Of a stretch of 64,000 bases of DNA, positions 37,327-47,050 are shown one piece after another (the first letter of the stretch is position 1; the number at the start of each line of letters is the position of its first letter). The notes below the pieces were generated by a model. The model was given only the letters and a program-made list of their open reading frames with translations. It did no database searches and was not told the origin of the DNA. The position numbers were made by a program, and so were the translations under genes. Origin of the DNA: Candidatus Gastranaerophilaceae bacterium (GTDB lineage: Bacteria > Cyanobacteriota > Vampirovibrionia > Gastranaerophilales > Gastranaerophilaceae); contig JAZRSL010000038.1 of assembly GCA_045651505.1 (NCBI GenBank), positions 1,072 through 65,071 on the forward strand, in the 5' to 3' direction.

Positions 37327-38205
37327 ATGAGATACGATGCCGGTGAAGTTATAACAGCAATGGTAACTCCGTTTAATGAAAAACGTGATGTTGATTATGA
37401 AAGAGTAGAAGCTCTTGCTCATCAACTTGCAAATACAGGTTCAGATGCTGTCTTGGTTGCTGGCACAACGGGAGAAGCCCCTACTTTAACTTATGAAGAA
37501 GAAGCTGAAATTCTTTCAAGTGTTCGCCGTGCTGTTAATAAACAAGCGAAAGTTATAATGGGTACTGGTTCAAATTCAACAGAAACTGCAGTTAAAACTG
37601 CAAAGATGGCTGAAAAAGAAGGTGTAGACGCAATTCTGTCAGTAGTTCCTTACTATAATAAACCATCACAAACTGGCATGATAGAACATTTTTCAGCAGT
37701 AGCTGAAGCCGTTGATTTGCCTATTATTTTATACAATATTCCGTCTAGAACCGGAGTTAATATGCTACCTGAAACCGTTAAGACTTTAGCAAGAAAATAT
37801 GAAAATATTGTTGCGATTAAACAAAGTTATGGTGATATGGATGCAGTAACTGAAATTAAGTCTATATGCCCTCATGATTTTGCGGTTTATTCTGGTGATG
37901 ACAGCTTAACACTTCCAATGTTAGCATTAGGTGCACATGGTGTAATTTCTGTAGCATCTCATCTTTTTGGTAAAGAAATTAAATCAATGATAAGAAACTT
38001 TAAAACCGGTGATGCTATGACCGCAAAAAATATGCACATGAAGTTATTCCCTATTTTTAAAAAATTATTTATGGCACCAAACCCTGTACCAGTTAAAGCT
38101 GCTTTAGCTTATAGAGATCTTATAGAAGATTACGTAAGACGTCCGCTTATAGAATTAACATCTGCAGAAAAAGCAGAATTGTTTTTTACATTGGATGCTA
38201 TTTAG
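37327..38205 (+). CDS. dapA: 4-hydroxy-tetrahydrodipicolinate synthase
   Basis: ITAMVTPF...VAGTTGEAPTL...YNKP...YNIPSRTG...AIKQS (catalytic Lys context). RBS GAGAGGAG. Confidence 0.92.
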   Translation: MRYDAGEVITAMVTPFNEKRDVDYERVEALAHQLANTGSDAVLVAGTTGEAPTLTYEEEAEILSSVRRAVNKQAKVIMGTGSNSTETAVKTAKMAEKEGVDAILSVVPYYNKPSQTGMIEHFSAVAEAVDLPIILYNIPSRTGVNMLPETVKTLARKYENIVAIKQSYGDMDAVTEIKSICPHDFAVYSGDDSLTLPMLALGAHGVISVASHLFGKEIKSMIRNFKTGDAMTAKNMHMKLFPIFKKLFMAPNPVPVKAALAYRDLIEDYVRRPLIELTSAEKAELFFTLDAI

Positions 38206-38213
38206 AAAACTGA

Positions 38214-38259
38214 TTAAGTGACTTAGTGACTGACTGACTAAGTCACTTAAAGTTTTTTT
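38214..38259 (+). terminator. Intrinsic terminator after dapA
   Basis: Perfect 14-bp stem TTAAGTGACTTAGT / ACTAAGTCACTTAA with a 9-nt loop, followed by a T7 run. Confidence 0.85.
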
Positions 38260-38296
38260 GATTATAATATAGATTATAATAAGGAGTGTAAAATAA

Positions 38297-39607
38297 ATGA
38301 AAAACAAATTGATTATGTTTTGGGCTATAGTGCTTATTGTCATTGCATCAGTTGTGACAATAATAGTTAAGCCAACAAAACTAGGACTTGATTTAGTCGG
38401 TGGTTCAAGGCTTGTGCTAGAAGCGCAAACAACTGATACAATTTCTCAAATTACACCTGATATGATGGCAAGTTTACATTTTGCTATCGAAAACAGAGTT
38501 AATAAATTAGGTGTTTCAGAAACGCTTGTTCAACGTTCTGGAGATAAGAGACTTGTTGTTGAAATTCCAGATGTTTCCGATTTAAATCAAGCAAAAGCTT
38601 ATTTAGGTGAAACTGCTGAATTAGATTTTAGAAAACCTGTTATGATGCCAAATGGTATGGAGGCTTGGGAAGCAACAGGTTTAACTGGTAAAGATTTAAC
38701 AAGAGCAAATTTGAGTACAAATTCTCAAAATGGTCAATGGGTTGTTGATTTAGAATTCAATACAGCTGGTACTAAAAAATTTGCAGAATTAACTAAAAAA
38801 ATGGTTGGACAACAAATGGCTATTTTCTTTAATGGAGAGCTTCAATCTGCCCCTGTAATTAGAGAAGCTATTACTGGTGGTAGAGCGCAGATTTCTGGTG
38901 GAGAAAATGGGTTTGTATACCAGGAAGCAAAAACGATGGTTGACTTATTAAATGCTGGCGCACTACCAGTTCCTGCTAAAATTATTGAAGAGAACACAGT
39001 TGGACCAACTCTTGGAGCTGATAGTATCGCTAAATCAAAATTAGCTGGTGCGTTAGGACTAGCTTTTGTAATGATATTTATGGTGGCATATTATAGAGCC
39101 CCTGGTATGATTGCCAATGTTGCTCTTGTAATTTACGGTTTAATCCTATTTGCTCTATTCAAAGCTATTCCAGTAACTTTAACTCTTGCTGGTATTGCAG
39201 GCTTTATTCTTTCAGTTGGTATGGCAGTTGATGCCAATATTTTAATTTTTGAAAGAACAAAAGAAGAATTAAGAGCTGGTAGAACTTTATTTACGGCGAT
39301 TAATTCTGGTTTTGATAGAGCTTGGACAAGTATTTTTGATTCAAATATGACAACAATTATTACTTGCGCAATTCTTTATTTCTGTGGAACAAGTATTGTT
39401 AAAGGTTTTGCTTTAACTCTTGCCCTTGGTGTTATGGTATCAATGTTTAGTGCAATTACAATTACTAAAAACTTTATGCACTTAGCTTTTGGTACTGGTA
39501 ATCTTAAAAATCCTGCTTTATTTGGCTTAAGACCAGAGGAAATTGGTGAAGGTTTCCAAGTAGTTGAAACAAAACGTGAAAAAGCTAAATTTGGTATATT
39601 GGATTAG
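38297..39607 (+). CDS. secD: Protein translocase subunit SecD
   Basis: N-terminal TM, LGLDLVGGSRLVLEA, and a C-terminal 5-TM SecD/F domain (AGIAGFILSVGMAVDANILIFER). Confidence 0.92.
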   Translation: MKNKLIMFWAIVLIVIASVVTIIVKPTKLGLDLVGGSRLVLEAQTTDTISQITPDMMASLHFAIENRVNKLGVSETLVQRSGDKRLVVEIPDVSDLNQAKAYLGETAELDFRKPVMMPNGMEAWEATGLTGKDLTRANLSTNSQNGQWVVDLEFNTAGTKKFAELTKKMVGQQMAIFFNGELQSAPVIREAITGGRAQISGGENGFVYQEAKTMVDLLNAGALPVPAKIIEENTVGPTLGADSIAKSKLAGALGLAFVMIFMVAYYRAPGMIANVALVIYGLILFALFKAIPVTLTLAGIAGFILSVGMAVDANILIFERTKEELRAGRTLFTAINSGFDRAWTSIFDSNMTTIITCAILYFCGTSIVKGFALTLALGVMVSMFSAITITKNFMHLAFGTGNLKNPALFGLRPEEIGEGFQVVETKREKAKFGILD

Positions 39608-39621
39608 AAAGAAGGTAAAAC

Positions 39622-40551
39622 ATGAAATTAGATATAGTAAAACATAAATTTATATACCTAGCGATTTCAGCAATACTTCTTATTCCTGGCATTATCGCTA
39701 TGATTTACTCAATGATTACATACGATACTCATACTCCTGTAAAGGTTGGTATTGATTATACTGGCGGTACAACCCTACAGTATGGTGTAAAACAAGAAAT
39801 TTCTAACAATAAATTATCAGAAGTTCGTACAACTTTAGAAAATAATGGAATTGAAAAACCTGTACTTCAAATAATTAATGTTAATTCAAAAGAAAATACA
39901 GATTTAAAAGCTGTTTTATCTATCAGAACTCAATTTATTGATGAAAAATCTAAAGACTTAGAAAATATTACAAAAGTTGTAAATAGCGAATTTCAACAAC
40001 CAGAACTTGTTCAAGTATCTTCTGTTGGCCCTACTTTGGGTAAAGAATTGTTCAAAAACTCAATGATTGCATTAACTTTGGCTCTTTTAGGAATTATTGC
40101 TTATTTAACATTTAGGTTCCAATTTGACTATGCTCTTGCAGCTATTTTGGGGTTAGTCCACGATACCATTTTTGTAGTTGGTGCTTTTTCGATTTTAGGT
40201 TTATTATACGGTGTTCAAATTGACGCTTTATTCGTGACAGCACTTCTTACCGTAATTGGTTTTTCTGTTCACGATACAATCGTTGTATTTGACCGTGTAA
40301 GAGAAAATCTAAAATATTATTCTAAGAAAATGACTTTCGGAGAAATAATGAATGCAAGTATTAATCAAACTCTTACTAGAAGTATTAATACTTCTTTAAC
40401 AACTTTGTTAACTCTTGCAGCTTTATATTTCTTCGGTGGAGTAACAACAAAAGATTTCGTACTTGCAATGATTCTTGGTATTGCAATTGGAACATATTCA
40501 AGTATTTTCTTCTGTTCATCATTAATTGAAATTTGGGAAGATAAAAAATAA
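39622..40551 (+). CDS. secF: Protein translocase subunit SecF
   Basis: GIDYTGGT motif and the SecF membrane domain (LVHDTIFVVGAFS..., GFSVHDTIVVFDRVREN). Immediately follows secD. Confidence 0.92.
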   Translation: MKLDIVKHKFIYLAISAILLIPGIIAMIYSMITYDTHTPVKVGIDYTGGTTLQYGVKQEISNNKLSEVRTTLENNGIEKPVLQIINVNSKENTDLKAVLSIRTQFIDEKSKDLENITKVVNSEFQQPELVQVSSVGPTLGKELFKNSMIALTLALLGIIAYLTFRFQFDYALAAILGLVHDTIFVVGAFSILGLLYGVQIDALFVTALLTVIGFSVHDTIVVFDRVRENLKYYSKKMTFGEIMNASINQTLTRSINTSLTTLLTLAALYFFGGVTTKDFVLAMILGIAIGTYSSIFFCSSLIEIWEDKK

Positions 40552-40580
40552 AACAATTGTTATTAAACTAAATACATACT

Positions 40581-40607
40581 AAAAAAGGGCAGGAATACTG
40601 CCCTTTT
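40581..40607. terminator. Bidirectional terminator between secF and hsp20
   Basis: A6-GGGCAG-gaata-CTGCCC-T4. Confidence 0.7.
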
Positions 40608-40681
40608 ACCATCTACAGAGGTAAATTTATTATATACTAACCCGTTAATAAATTTTACTTTTTTAAGTCCCTCTGTAACGG

Positions 40682-41164
40682 CTATTTTTCTTTAATTTCA
40701 AGTTTTCTAGTTTTAGCCTCTTCAACCTTTTGCTTTGGTAGATTTATAGTAAGAATTCCATTCTTATAATTAGCTTCTGCTTCATCTATTTTTATTGGCT
40801 GATCAAAAGAAATAGTTCTTCTATATTTTCCATACCTAAATTCACAAGTATGATATTTCATATTTTTTTCTTTTTGTTCCTTTTCTTCTTTCTCTTCCTC
40901 TATTTCTGCAGATATTGTCATAAAATCATTATCCAATTCAACTTCAATATCATCTTTTTTTACTCCTGGTAACTGAATTTTTACCATATAATTTTTTTCA
41001 TATTGTTTAATTTCTACTGCTGGACGCCAAGTTGAAGTTTTCTTCATCGATAGTTGGTGAGAAAAAGCTGGATTTATTATTGTATCCCTTAAAAAATTAT
41101 TAAGCTCGTTATGTATACTATCAAAATACAATTCAGGCTCACGAAGAATTAATTCTCTTTTCAT
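40682..41164 (-). CDS. Small heat-shock protein (Hsp20/alpha-crystallin family)
   Basis: Alpha-crystallin domain WRPAVEIKQYEKNYMVKIQLPGVKKDDIEVELDNDFMTISAE...NGILTINLPK. The start is set at ATG 41164 (AAAGGAG RBS) instead of ORF-track 41245. Confidence 0.88.
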   Translation of the reverse strand: MKRELILREPELYFDSIHNELNNFLRDTIINPAFSHQLSMKKTSTWRPAVEIKQYEKNYMVKIQLPGVKKDDIEVELDNDFMTISAEIEEEKEEKEQKEKNMKYHTCEFRYGKYRRTISFDQPIKIDEAEANYKNGILTINLPKQKVEEAKTRKLEIKEK

Positions 41165-41226
41165 TATAAGAACTCCTTTCAAATACATTTTTAATATAGA
41201 AGTAAAAAACAATTTTTTCATTAGAC

Positions 41227-41264
41227 AAAAGAGGCGATTTTTCATATGAAAAATCGCCTCTTTT
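41227..41264. terminator. Perfect 38-nt palindrome/terminator between the TPR-protein gene and hsp20
   Basis: AAAAGAGGCGATTTTTCA|TATG-centred palindrome (AAAAGAGGCGATTTTTCATATGAAAAATCGCCTCTTTT), followed by T/A runs on both strands. Confidence 0.75.
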
Positions 41265-41280
41265 TACTAAGTACTTTTTA

Positions 41281-42498
41281 TTATTCAACAGAACCTGCAG
41301 TTTTACCATATCTTCTAATTGTTGAATTTAATAAATTTTCATGGTGCTTATCTCTATAAATTTGACAAAGTAACTTATACGCATGTTTATTATAAGGATT
41401 TTCTTTTAAGATTTCTTCTAATTGCTTAACAGCTGAGTCAGAACGTTTTGTATAATAATTGATTAAAGCTGGAAGTGTTATAGTCAAATCGTTTTCATCT
41501 GTTGCCCAAGCAATATCAGCACAACTTTTAGCATTATCATATTCTTCAGCATCTAAGAACATTACAGCGACTTCATAATAAACTTCTGATTTACTTCTTC
41601 TATCTGTTTTCATTTGAGCTACTGTTTGATACTCTTGAGCTGCCTTTAAGTATTCTGCTCTTTTTCTATATTGTTCTGCTAACGCCAAATGCGTTGCAAT
41701 ATCCCCTCTTTCAACTTCTTCTAAATTTGTATCATCATTTACCGGAACATTTAAAGTTGATAAAATTTCAGAAGTTGTAAATAAAACAGACTTTTCTTCT
41801 GTAGAAAGAGGTTTATTTGTAACATCCGGAATCACTGAATATAACAAAGCTAACGTTTTTAAGTCTCTTGGTGTAATTTCAGTATTGAATTTAGTACCAA
41901 TAGGATACATTACATCATAAATACTTTGGCTTCTTCCTGTAAGACCTAAAGAGCGCCCTATCTCTTGTAGAGCCGAAGAAAATAATTGTTTTGAATCGTG
42001 GCTAAAACCTTTATTATCAACCTTATTGAAAACAATTACAGATTCTTTAATAGTATTACCATTTAGGGAAAAAGCTTGCATCCCGATAGAATCTTTATTA
42101 TCTGTATTTCTAAAGAAACATTTCATTTCTGCTTCTTCTGGAGTTTCTACGAATTCGAATCTTACCAAACCTTCACTTGCTCTTTGCCAAGCTTGATATG
42201 CATTCATTACAATTTCTCTATAATACACTGGAACGGTATTTGAATCTTCAATATAAACTTTTAAAGGAAAAGATGATTTATTCCATCTTACAATTTTCCC
42301 ATTTTTGCAAATATTTCTAAAATAACTGTCAATAACAGCTGCTTTTATTGTTTTTTCACTCATTGATTTATCATAGCCAAGTGTCATAGCTAAAACTTTT
42401 TTATAAGAAAAATCTGTATCTTGCACTACAGGACTAACTGTAGTAAAAGCTAAAAAGCCTGCTGTAATTAGGATAGTTGAAATTAATAATCTTTTCAT
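41281..42498 (-). CDS. Secreted matrixin-like pseudo-metalloprotease domain fused to TPR repeats
   Basis: Signal peptide MKRLLISTILITAGFLAFT. ALQEIGRSLGLTGRSQSIYDVMYP aligns to the metzincin HEIGHSLGLxHSxxxxxxMxP with all three His replaced. The C-terminal third is TPR-like (AEQYRKRAEYLKAAQEYQ..., YYEVAVMFLDAEEYDNA...). Confidence 0.65.
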   Translation of the reverse strand: MKRLLISTILITAGFLAFTTVSPVVQDTDFSYKKVLAMTLGYDKSMSEKTIKAAVIDSYFRNICKNGKIVRWNKSSFPLKVYIEDSNTVPVYYREIVMNAYQAWQRASEGLVRFEFVETPEEAEMKCFFRNTDNKDSIGMQAFSLNGNTIKESVIVFNKVDNKGFSHDSKQLFSSALQEIGRSLGLTGRSQSIYDVMYPIGTKFNTEITPRDLKTLALLYSVIPDVTNKPLSTEEKSVLFTTSEILSTLNVPVNDDTNLEEVERGDIATHLALAEQYRKRAEYLKAAQEYQTVAQMKTDRRSKSEVYYEVAVMFLDAEEYDNAKSCADIAWATDENDLTITLPALINYYTKRSDSAVKQLEEILKENPYNKHAYKLLCQIYRDKHHENLLNSTIRRYGKTAGSVE

Positions 42499-42616
42499 TT
42501 TTTGTTGACCTCATTTTATAAATATATATTTGATTAATATTCTTAAAACCTGTAAAATTATTTTTTGCGCTTTTATTATACATTATTTATCATAAATTTA
42601 CAATTAAAGGTTTTAC

Positions 42617-42646
42617 TTGAAAGTTTAGAAGCATTTATGGTAAACT
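42617..42646 (+). promoter_or_regulatory. Candidate extended -10 promoter
   Basis: TTGAAA (42617-42622), 18-nt spacer ending in TGG, TAAACT (42641-42646), upstream of the small ORF at 42667. Confidence 0.45.
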
Positions 42647-42666
42647 CAAAGTATTAAGGAGGGTAT

Positions 42667-42789
42667 ATGCACGAATACGTTTTTAAAATGAAAAAAGGCG
42701 ATATTGAGATTGAATTAAAATCTGACGACCTAGAATTTGTAGAAGAACAACTAAACAAATGGAGAGAAGAACTTCTTCAACAGGATTAA
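42667..42789 (+). CDS. Small ORF (40 aa), paralogous to the N-terminus of the downstream protein
   Basis: Not in the ORF track because it is under 60 aa. Strong RBS TAAGGAGGG 6 nt upstream. MHEYVFKMKKGDIEIELKSDDLEFVEEQLNKWREELLQQD parallels MAIYSFKITKGKYQLDLSTTDKELLVEQFELWVRQAGE of the next gene. Confidence 0.5.
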   Translation: MHEYVFKMKKGDIEIELKSDDLEFVEEQLNKWREELLQQD

Positions 42790-42797
42790 TATAAAAA

Positions 42798-43553
42798 ATG
42801 GCGATATATTCTTTTAAAATTACAAAAGGCAAATATCAATTAGACTTATCGACTACAGACAAAGAATTACTAGTCGAGCAATTTGAGTTGTGGGTTAGAC
42901 AAGCTGGAGAATATAATCGTAAACGCAAAGCAAAAGAATGCAAAGAACTTGTAAACAACCAAATTAAGGCTGAAGAAGAAATTACTAAAAAAAATATTGA
43001 AAATCATTTGGCTAAAAGACCAAAAACTGAACTGCCCAAATTAGATGAAAATAAGGAAAATAAAAAAGAAGATTCAACTGCTACAGTAGAAAGGGATGAA
43101 AAACAAAAAAATCTTGATATATTCTATTCACCACAACAACAAGAAGCTGTATCAAAGACAATAAATAACTCCTCTTCTACAGGTTTCTTTGATAGTATCT
43201 TAGAAAATTCTATAAACAACCCTAAAACTGAATTAACATTTAAATCTAGTCCTTCTATTCAAAAGGACAGTGCTTTTTTAAATTACATTAATAATAGAAA
43301 AATTGAACGAAAAATTGACTATCTGCTTTTAACAGCATATTACTTTACTCAATATGAGCAAAAACCTCGATTTACATTAAAACAATTGAATGCCAAACTA
43401 ATGCAAAATATCGCAGTTATTATAGACCATAGTGTTTTACAAGAAGCTATTAATAGAGATTATATTGAATGCTTACCAGACTTAACCGGTCTTGTAGGAG
43501 CTAGCGAATACAGATTAACTGCATATGGTGAAAAGGTTTTATTAGATGAATAA
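42798..43553 (+). CDS. Hypothetical protein
   Basis: 251-aa ORF with a Lys/Glu-rich linker and a C-terminal globular part. Overlaps the mnmA start by 8 nt. Confidence 0.6.
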   Translation: MAIYSFKITKGKYQLDLSTTDKELLVEQFELWVRQAGEYNRKRKAKECKELVNNQIKAEEEITKKNIENHLAKRPKTELPKLDENKENKKEDSTATVERDEKQKNLDIFYSPQQQEAVSKTINNSSSTGFFDSILENSINNPKTELTFKSSPSIQKDSAFLNYINNRKIERKIDYLLLTAYYFTQYEQKPRFTLKQLNAKLMQNIAVIIDHSVLQEAINRDYIECLPDLTGLVGASEYRLTAYGEKVLLDE

Positions 43554-44589
43554 TAATCCCCTAGTTGCAGTAGCTTTATCAGGAGGAGTAGACAGCGCCG
43601 TTACGGCTGCTCTTTTACTTGAAGAAGGCTATAATGTCGTTGGAATAACAGGAAAAATGACTTGCGATAAGGATGCGGAACAAATTGTATTAAACGCACA
43701 AAAAGTTGCTGAAAAGTTAAATATAAGACATTATTCTTTTGATGTTTCAGATATTTTTAGAGAAAAGATAATAAATTACTTTGAAGATTCTTACAAACTC
43801 GGTTTAACGCCAAATCCTTGCATTATGTGTAATAAATATATCAAATGGGGTATTTTATTCGATTATGCATTAAATGATATTGGGGCTAACTATATAGCGA
43901 CAGGACACTACGCAAATATTTGCAAAGAAGACGGGTTATATAAATTATACCCAGCTTCAGATGAGCATAAAGATCAGTTGTATTTTCTATTTACTCTTTC
44001 TCAAGAAAATTTAGCTAAAACACTTTTTCCATTATGTAAGTATAAAAAATCTGAAGTAAAAGAAATTGCAATAAAATATGACTTACCACCAAAGTCAGCA
44101 AAAGAAAGTCAAGATATTTGTTTTATAAAACATCCAATGACAACCAAAAAATATTTAAACAATATTTTCTACCCACAAAATGGAACTTTTGTTGAGAAAA
44201 AATCTGGTAAAATATTGGGACATCACAATGGCTATTGGCAATACACAATAGGTCAAAGAAAAGGTATAGGTCTTGCCGCTCCAGAAGCACTATATGTTAC
44301 TGAAATTGATTCAAAAACAAATACTGTTTATGTAGGGTATAAGGAAGAACTTCATACAAACAAACTTTTATTAAAAAATATTAATTGGAGTTATCCTAAT
44401 AATAAAAATAATTTTGATGCACTTATAAAAATAAGATACAACATGAAGGCTGTTTTAGCCAAAGTCAACCAAGTAGATACTAGCTGGGAAATAACTTTTG
44501 AGGAACCAATATCTGGAATTGCCCCTGGACAAGCTTGTGTTTTATACGATAAAAATGACGGACATTTACTAGGCGGAAGCTTTATCTAA
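43546..44589 (+). CDS. mnmA: tRNA-specific 2-thiouridylase MnmA
   Basis: PP-loop VAVALSGGVDSAV, NPCIMCNKYIKWG, ATGHYA, and catalytic Cys context QDICF. Confidence 0.92.
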   Translation: MNNNPLVAVALSGGVDSAVTAALLLEEGYNVVGITGKMTCDKDAEQIVLNAQKVAEKLNIRHYSFDVSDIFREKIINYFEDSYKLGLTPNPCIMCNKYIKWGILFDYALNDIGANYIATGHYANICKEDGLYKLYPASDEHKDQLYFLFTLSQENLAKTLFPLCKYKKSEVKEIAIKYDLPPKSAKESQDICFIKHPMTTKKYLNNIFYPQNGTFVEKKSGKILGHHNGYWQYTIGQRKGIGLAAPEALYVTEIDSKTNTVYVGYKEELHTNKLLLKNINWSYPNNKNNFDALIKIRYNMKAVLAKVNQVDTSWEITFEEPISGIAPGQACVLYDKNDGHLLGGSFI

Positions 44590-44698
44590 TTTTAGTTATT
44601 ATAATTTGTTTTGTAACAAAATTTAATATATTTCAAAAAATAAGCAATTTTTTTAGCCTTTTATACTTAATATCAATATAATGTGTGAAAGGTGAACT

Positions 44699-46009
44699 AT
44701 GACTATGCCAGTTAATTATCCAAAAGGATACATTCCTAATTATTCAGGAGTAACAATCAATATTACTAATCCAATGGTAAATCCAACAATTGGATATCAT
44801 AATCCAAATTGTTGCAATCATTGCTATACTAATCCTCAACAATATGTAGACGTTATTAATAATGATACCAAAACTTCTATTACTGGTATTCCTGTTAATA
44901 ATACTCAAGAAACCAAACAAGCAATAAACCCTATAACAAGAGAATATTATCCTACAGAAACAAGTTATCCTGCAAATTACTATACAAATAATTATAATAT
45001 GCATCCAGTAAACCCTAACCCTGGGCAAATCGGATATGAACAGCAAAAACCTTACACATATCCTCAAAACCCACAAGAAGCAGTAAATTCACAATATGGC
45101 TATTATAATCCAATCCCTAATCAATTCCCTGCTAAACAATGGCAAAATACTCAAGCGCCTGTAGCTCCGTATGGCGCATATGGTCCAATCCCTAATCAAT
45201 TCCCTGTTGAACAATGGCAAAATAATAACCCTACCTCTCAAATGAGTCATGAAAATCCTGAAATAAATAAAACAGCAAGCGAACAGATTAATACCCCAAA
45301 TAATTATACAAACCATTCTATAAACGCTCCTGTTTACAATACCCCTAACTCTTCAGCAAAAGCTACAACTACAGGTCCAAAAACATATACCACAGAAGTA
45401 GCTGAACCTGAACCAGATTTATCAGTATCTAATGAAATTATTGAACATATTGATGCAATAAAAACTGAAGATGCAGAATTAGAAAAAAATTCTAAAAAAA
45501 CTAGAATAGTTTCTCTTACAAACGAATATATTATGTCATTAGAAAACTATTTAAATAATCCGAATAAAGAAATTCGCCTAATGGCATCAAAAGAAATTCT
45601 AACAAGACTAGATGAAGACAGGGATCGTTATGATGATGCTGCATTAAATGCTTTACTAAATAAAATGCTACAAGATCCAGAAAAACTAGTAAGAATATCT
45701 GCTCTAAGCGCTTTTTCCTCTGGACTAGCAAGCGGTAACGATTATACTGTTGAACTATTAAATAATATTCAAAACAATCCAAATGCTAATAAAGAAGATG
45801 TTGTTCAGGCTGCAAAAATTCTATTAAAAATGTCTGCAGGAACAGAAATAAAATATGTTCCTATAAAAAACAAGAAAACTGAAAACACTAACTCTGAGCA
45901 GTTAGAAAAAAATAAGCAACAAATAGAACAGCTTCAAGCAGTATTACAAAAATATAAAGAACGTGAGATTGAAGCTATGATTCAACAACAAACTCAAAAC
46001 AATAAATAG
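44699..46009 (+). CDS. Hypothetical protein with a Pro/Asn/Tyr/Gln-rich low-complexity N-half and a HEAT/ARM-like helical C-half
   Basis: 436-aa ORF with a GAAAGGTGA RBS. Internal 25-aa tandem repeat (NPIPNQFPAKQWQN / GPIPNQFPVEQWQN). C-terminal EIRLMASKEILTRL...LVRISALSAF resembles HEAT repeats. Confidence 0.6.
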   Translation: MTMPVNYPKGYIPNYSGVTINITNPMVNPTIGYHNPNCCNHCYTNPQQYVDVINNDTKTSITGIPVNNTQETKQAINPITREYYPTETSYPANYYTNNYNMHPVNPNPGQIGYEQQKPYTYPQNPQEAVNSQYGYYNPIPNQFPAKQWQNTQAPVAPYGAYGPIPNQFPVEQWQNNNPTSQMSHENPEINKTASEQINTPNNYTNHSINAPVYNTPNSSAKATTTGPKTYTTEVAEPEPDLSVSNEIIEHIDAIKTEDAELEKNSKKTRIVSLTNEYIMSLENYLNNPNKEIRLMASKEILTRLDEDRDRYDDAALNALLNKMLQDPEKLVRISALSAFSSGLASGNDYTVELLNNIQNNPNANKEDVVQAAKILLKMSAGTEIKYVPIKNKKTENTNSEQLEKNKQQIEQLQAVLQKYKEREIEAMIQQQTQNNK

Positions 46010-46018
46010 GTTTAATCA

Positions 46019-46456
46019 ATGAGAACAATAACAAAAATAGCTTGTAGAGTGGTTGGTGCAGTGGGCATGGGAATGTCACTGTACGATGCTACACGTGTTG
46101 GCGGACTTTTTTCAAAAAATGAATCACAAGTACAACAACAAAAATACCTCGAAAAAACTTATTTTAACTCAAGAACCCTTGATTCAACAAGCTATACAAA
46201 AAATGCAATACGTAAAAAAGTCTACGATCTAGAGACAAGGAACCCTCTTCCAACTCTTTGGGGAAAAATAAAAGGTGGATTAAAAGGCTTTGCTTACGGC
46301 CTAGGTGAAAATTTGCCATTAATACTTTTTAGTAGTCTAGCATTAATAGGCAAAAATACTATGGCAAAAATTGGCGCAATAGGAGCCGTAGTAGACTTTT
46401 GCTACACTACATTAAGAGAAGGTTTTGGGTTTGGTAAACACCATCCAATGAATTAA
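46019..46456 (+). CDS. Hypothetical small membrane-associated protein
   Basis: 145-aa ORF 9 nt after the upstream gene, with hydrophobic segments at the N-terminus and around LPLILFSSLALIG. Confidence 0.5.
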   Translation: MRTITKIACRVVGAVGMGMSLYDATRVGGLFSKNESQVQQQKYLEKTYFNSRTLDSTSYTKNAIRKKVYDLETRNPLPTLWGKIKGGLKGFAYGLGENLPLILFSSLALIGKNTMAKIGAIGAVVDFCYTTLREGFGFGKHHPMN

Positions 46457-46845
46457 GATTGTTGTCTAAACGGAACAAGCTTTTTTACATTTGCTGGCTT
46501 TATGTGCTTTACCACTTCCACCGCCTTAGCAGTTTCACCTTTTAAAGCACCACCTTCTGCCATTGCTACTGCTGACTTTCTGATACCAAATTTTTCAATC
46601 AATTGAGGAGTCATGAAAAACATAGTCAAAAACATACCACAAAGCCCAAGCATAGATGCCTGAGCCCACGATTTTGTGTATATTCTTGCAAGAGCAGCGG
46701 TTAATCCACCAGAAGCCAAGGATAATCCGACAGCATTGACGATAGCTGGCGCACTATTTGCCGTTTGAATGGACATCTTACCGTATGAATTTTTTGACCC
46801 TCTAAACCCTACCTGAGGGGTTAAATAACTGATAGGTTGAATCAT
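46453..46845 (-). CDS. Hypothetical membrane protein
   Basis: The ORF track extends to 46956. I prefer the internal ATG 46845 (MIQPISYLTPQVGFRGSK...) because the upstream extension looks non-coding. Two TM helices. Confidence 0.45.
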   Translation of the reverse strand: MIQPISYLTPQVGFRGSKNSYGKMSIQTANSAPAIVNAVGLSLASGGLTAALARIYTKSWAQASMLGLCGMFLTMFFMTPQLIEKFGIRKSAVAMAEGGALKGETAKAVEVVKHIKPANVKKLVPFRQQS

Positions 46846-47050
46846 ATTCACACACTTTCTTCTTTTTATACAAGTATATTTTAGCGCAAAAACAATAACC
46901 TGTAAACCCCCTAAATATAATACTTTAGGACTATTTTTAAAGTGTAATTTCAGCACTTATTTTTTTTGTTTTTTGACTTTTTCTTAAATCAAATTAATCA
47001 TACAAATAGATGTAGATATTTAAATTTAAAATTGTAATAATATTGATATC

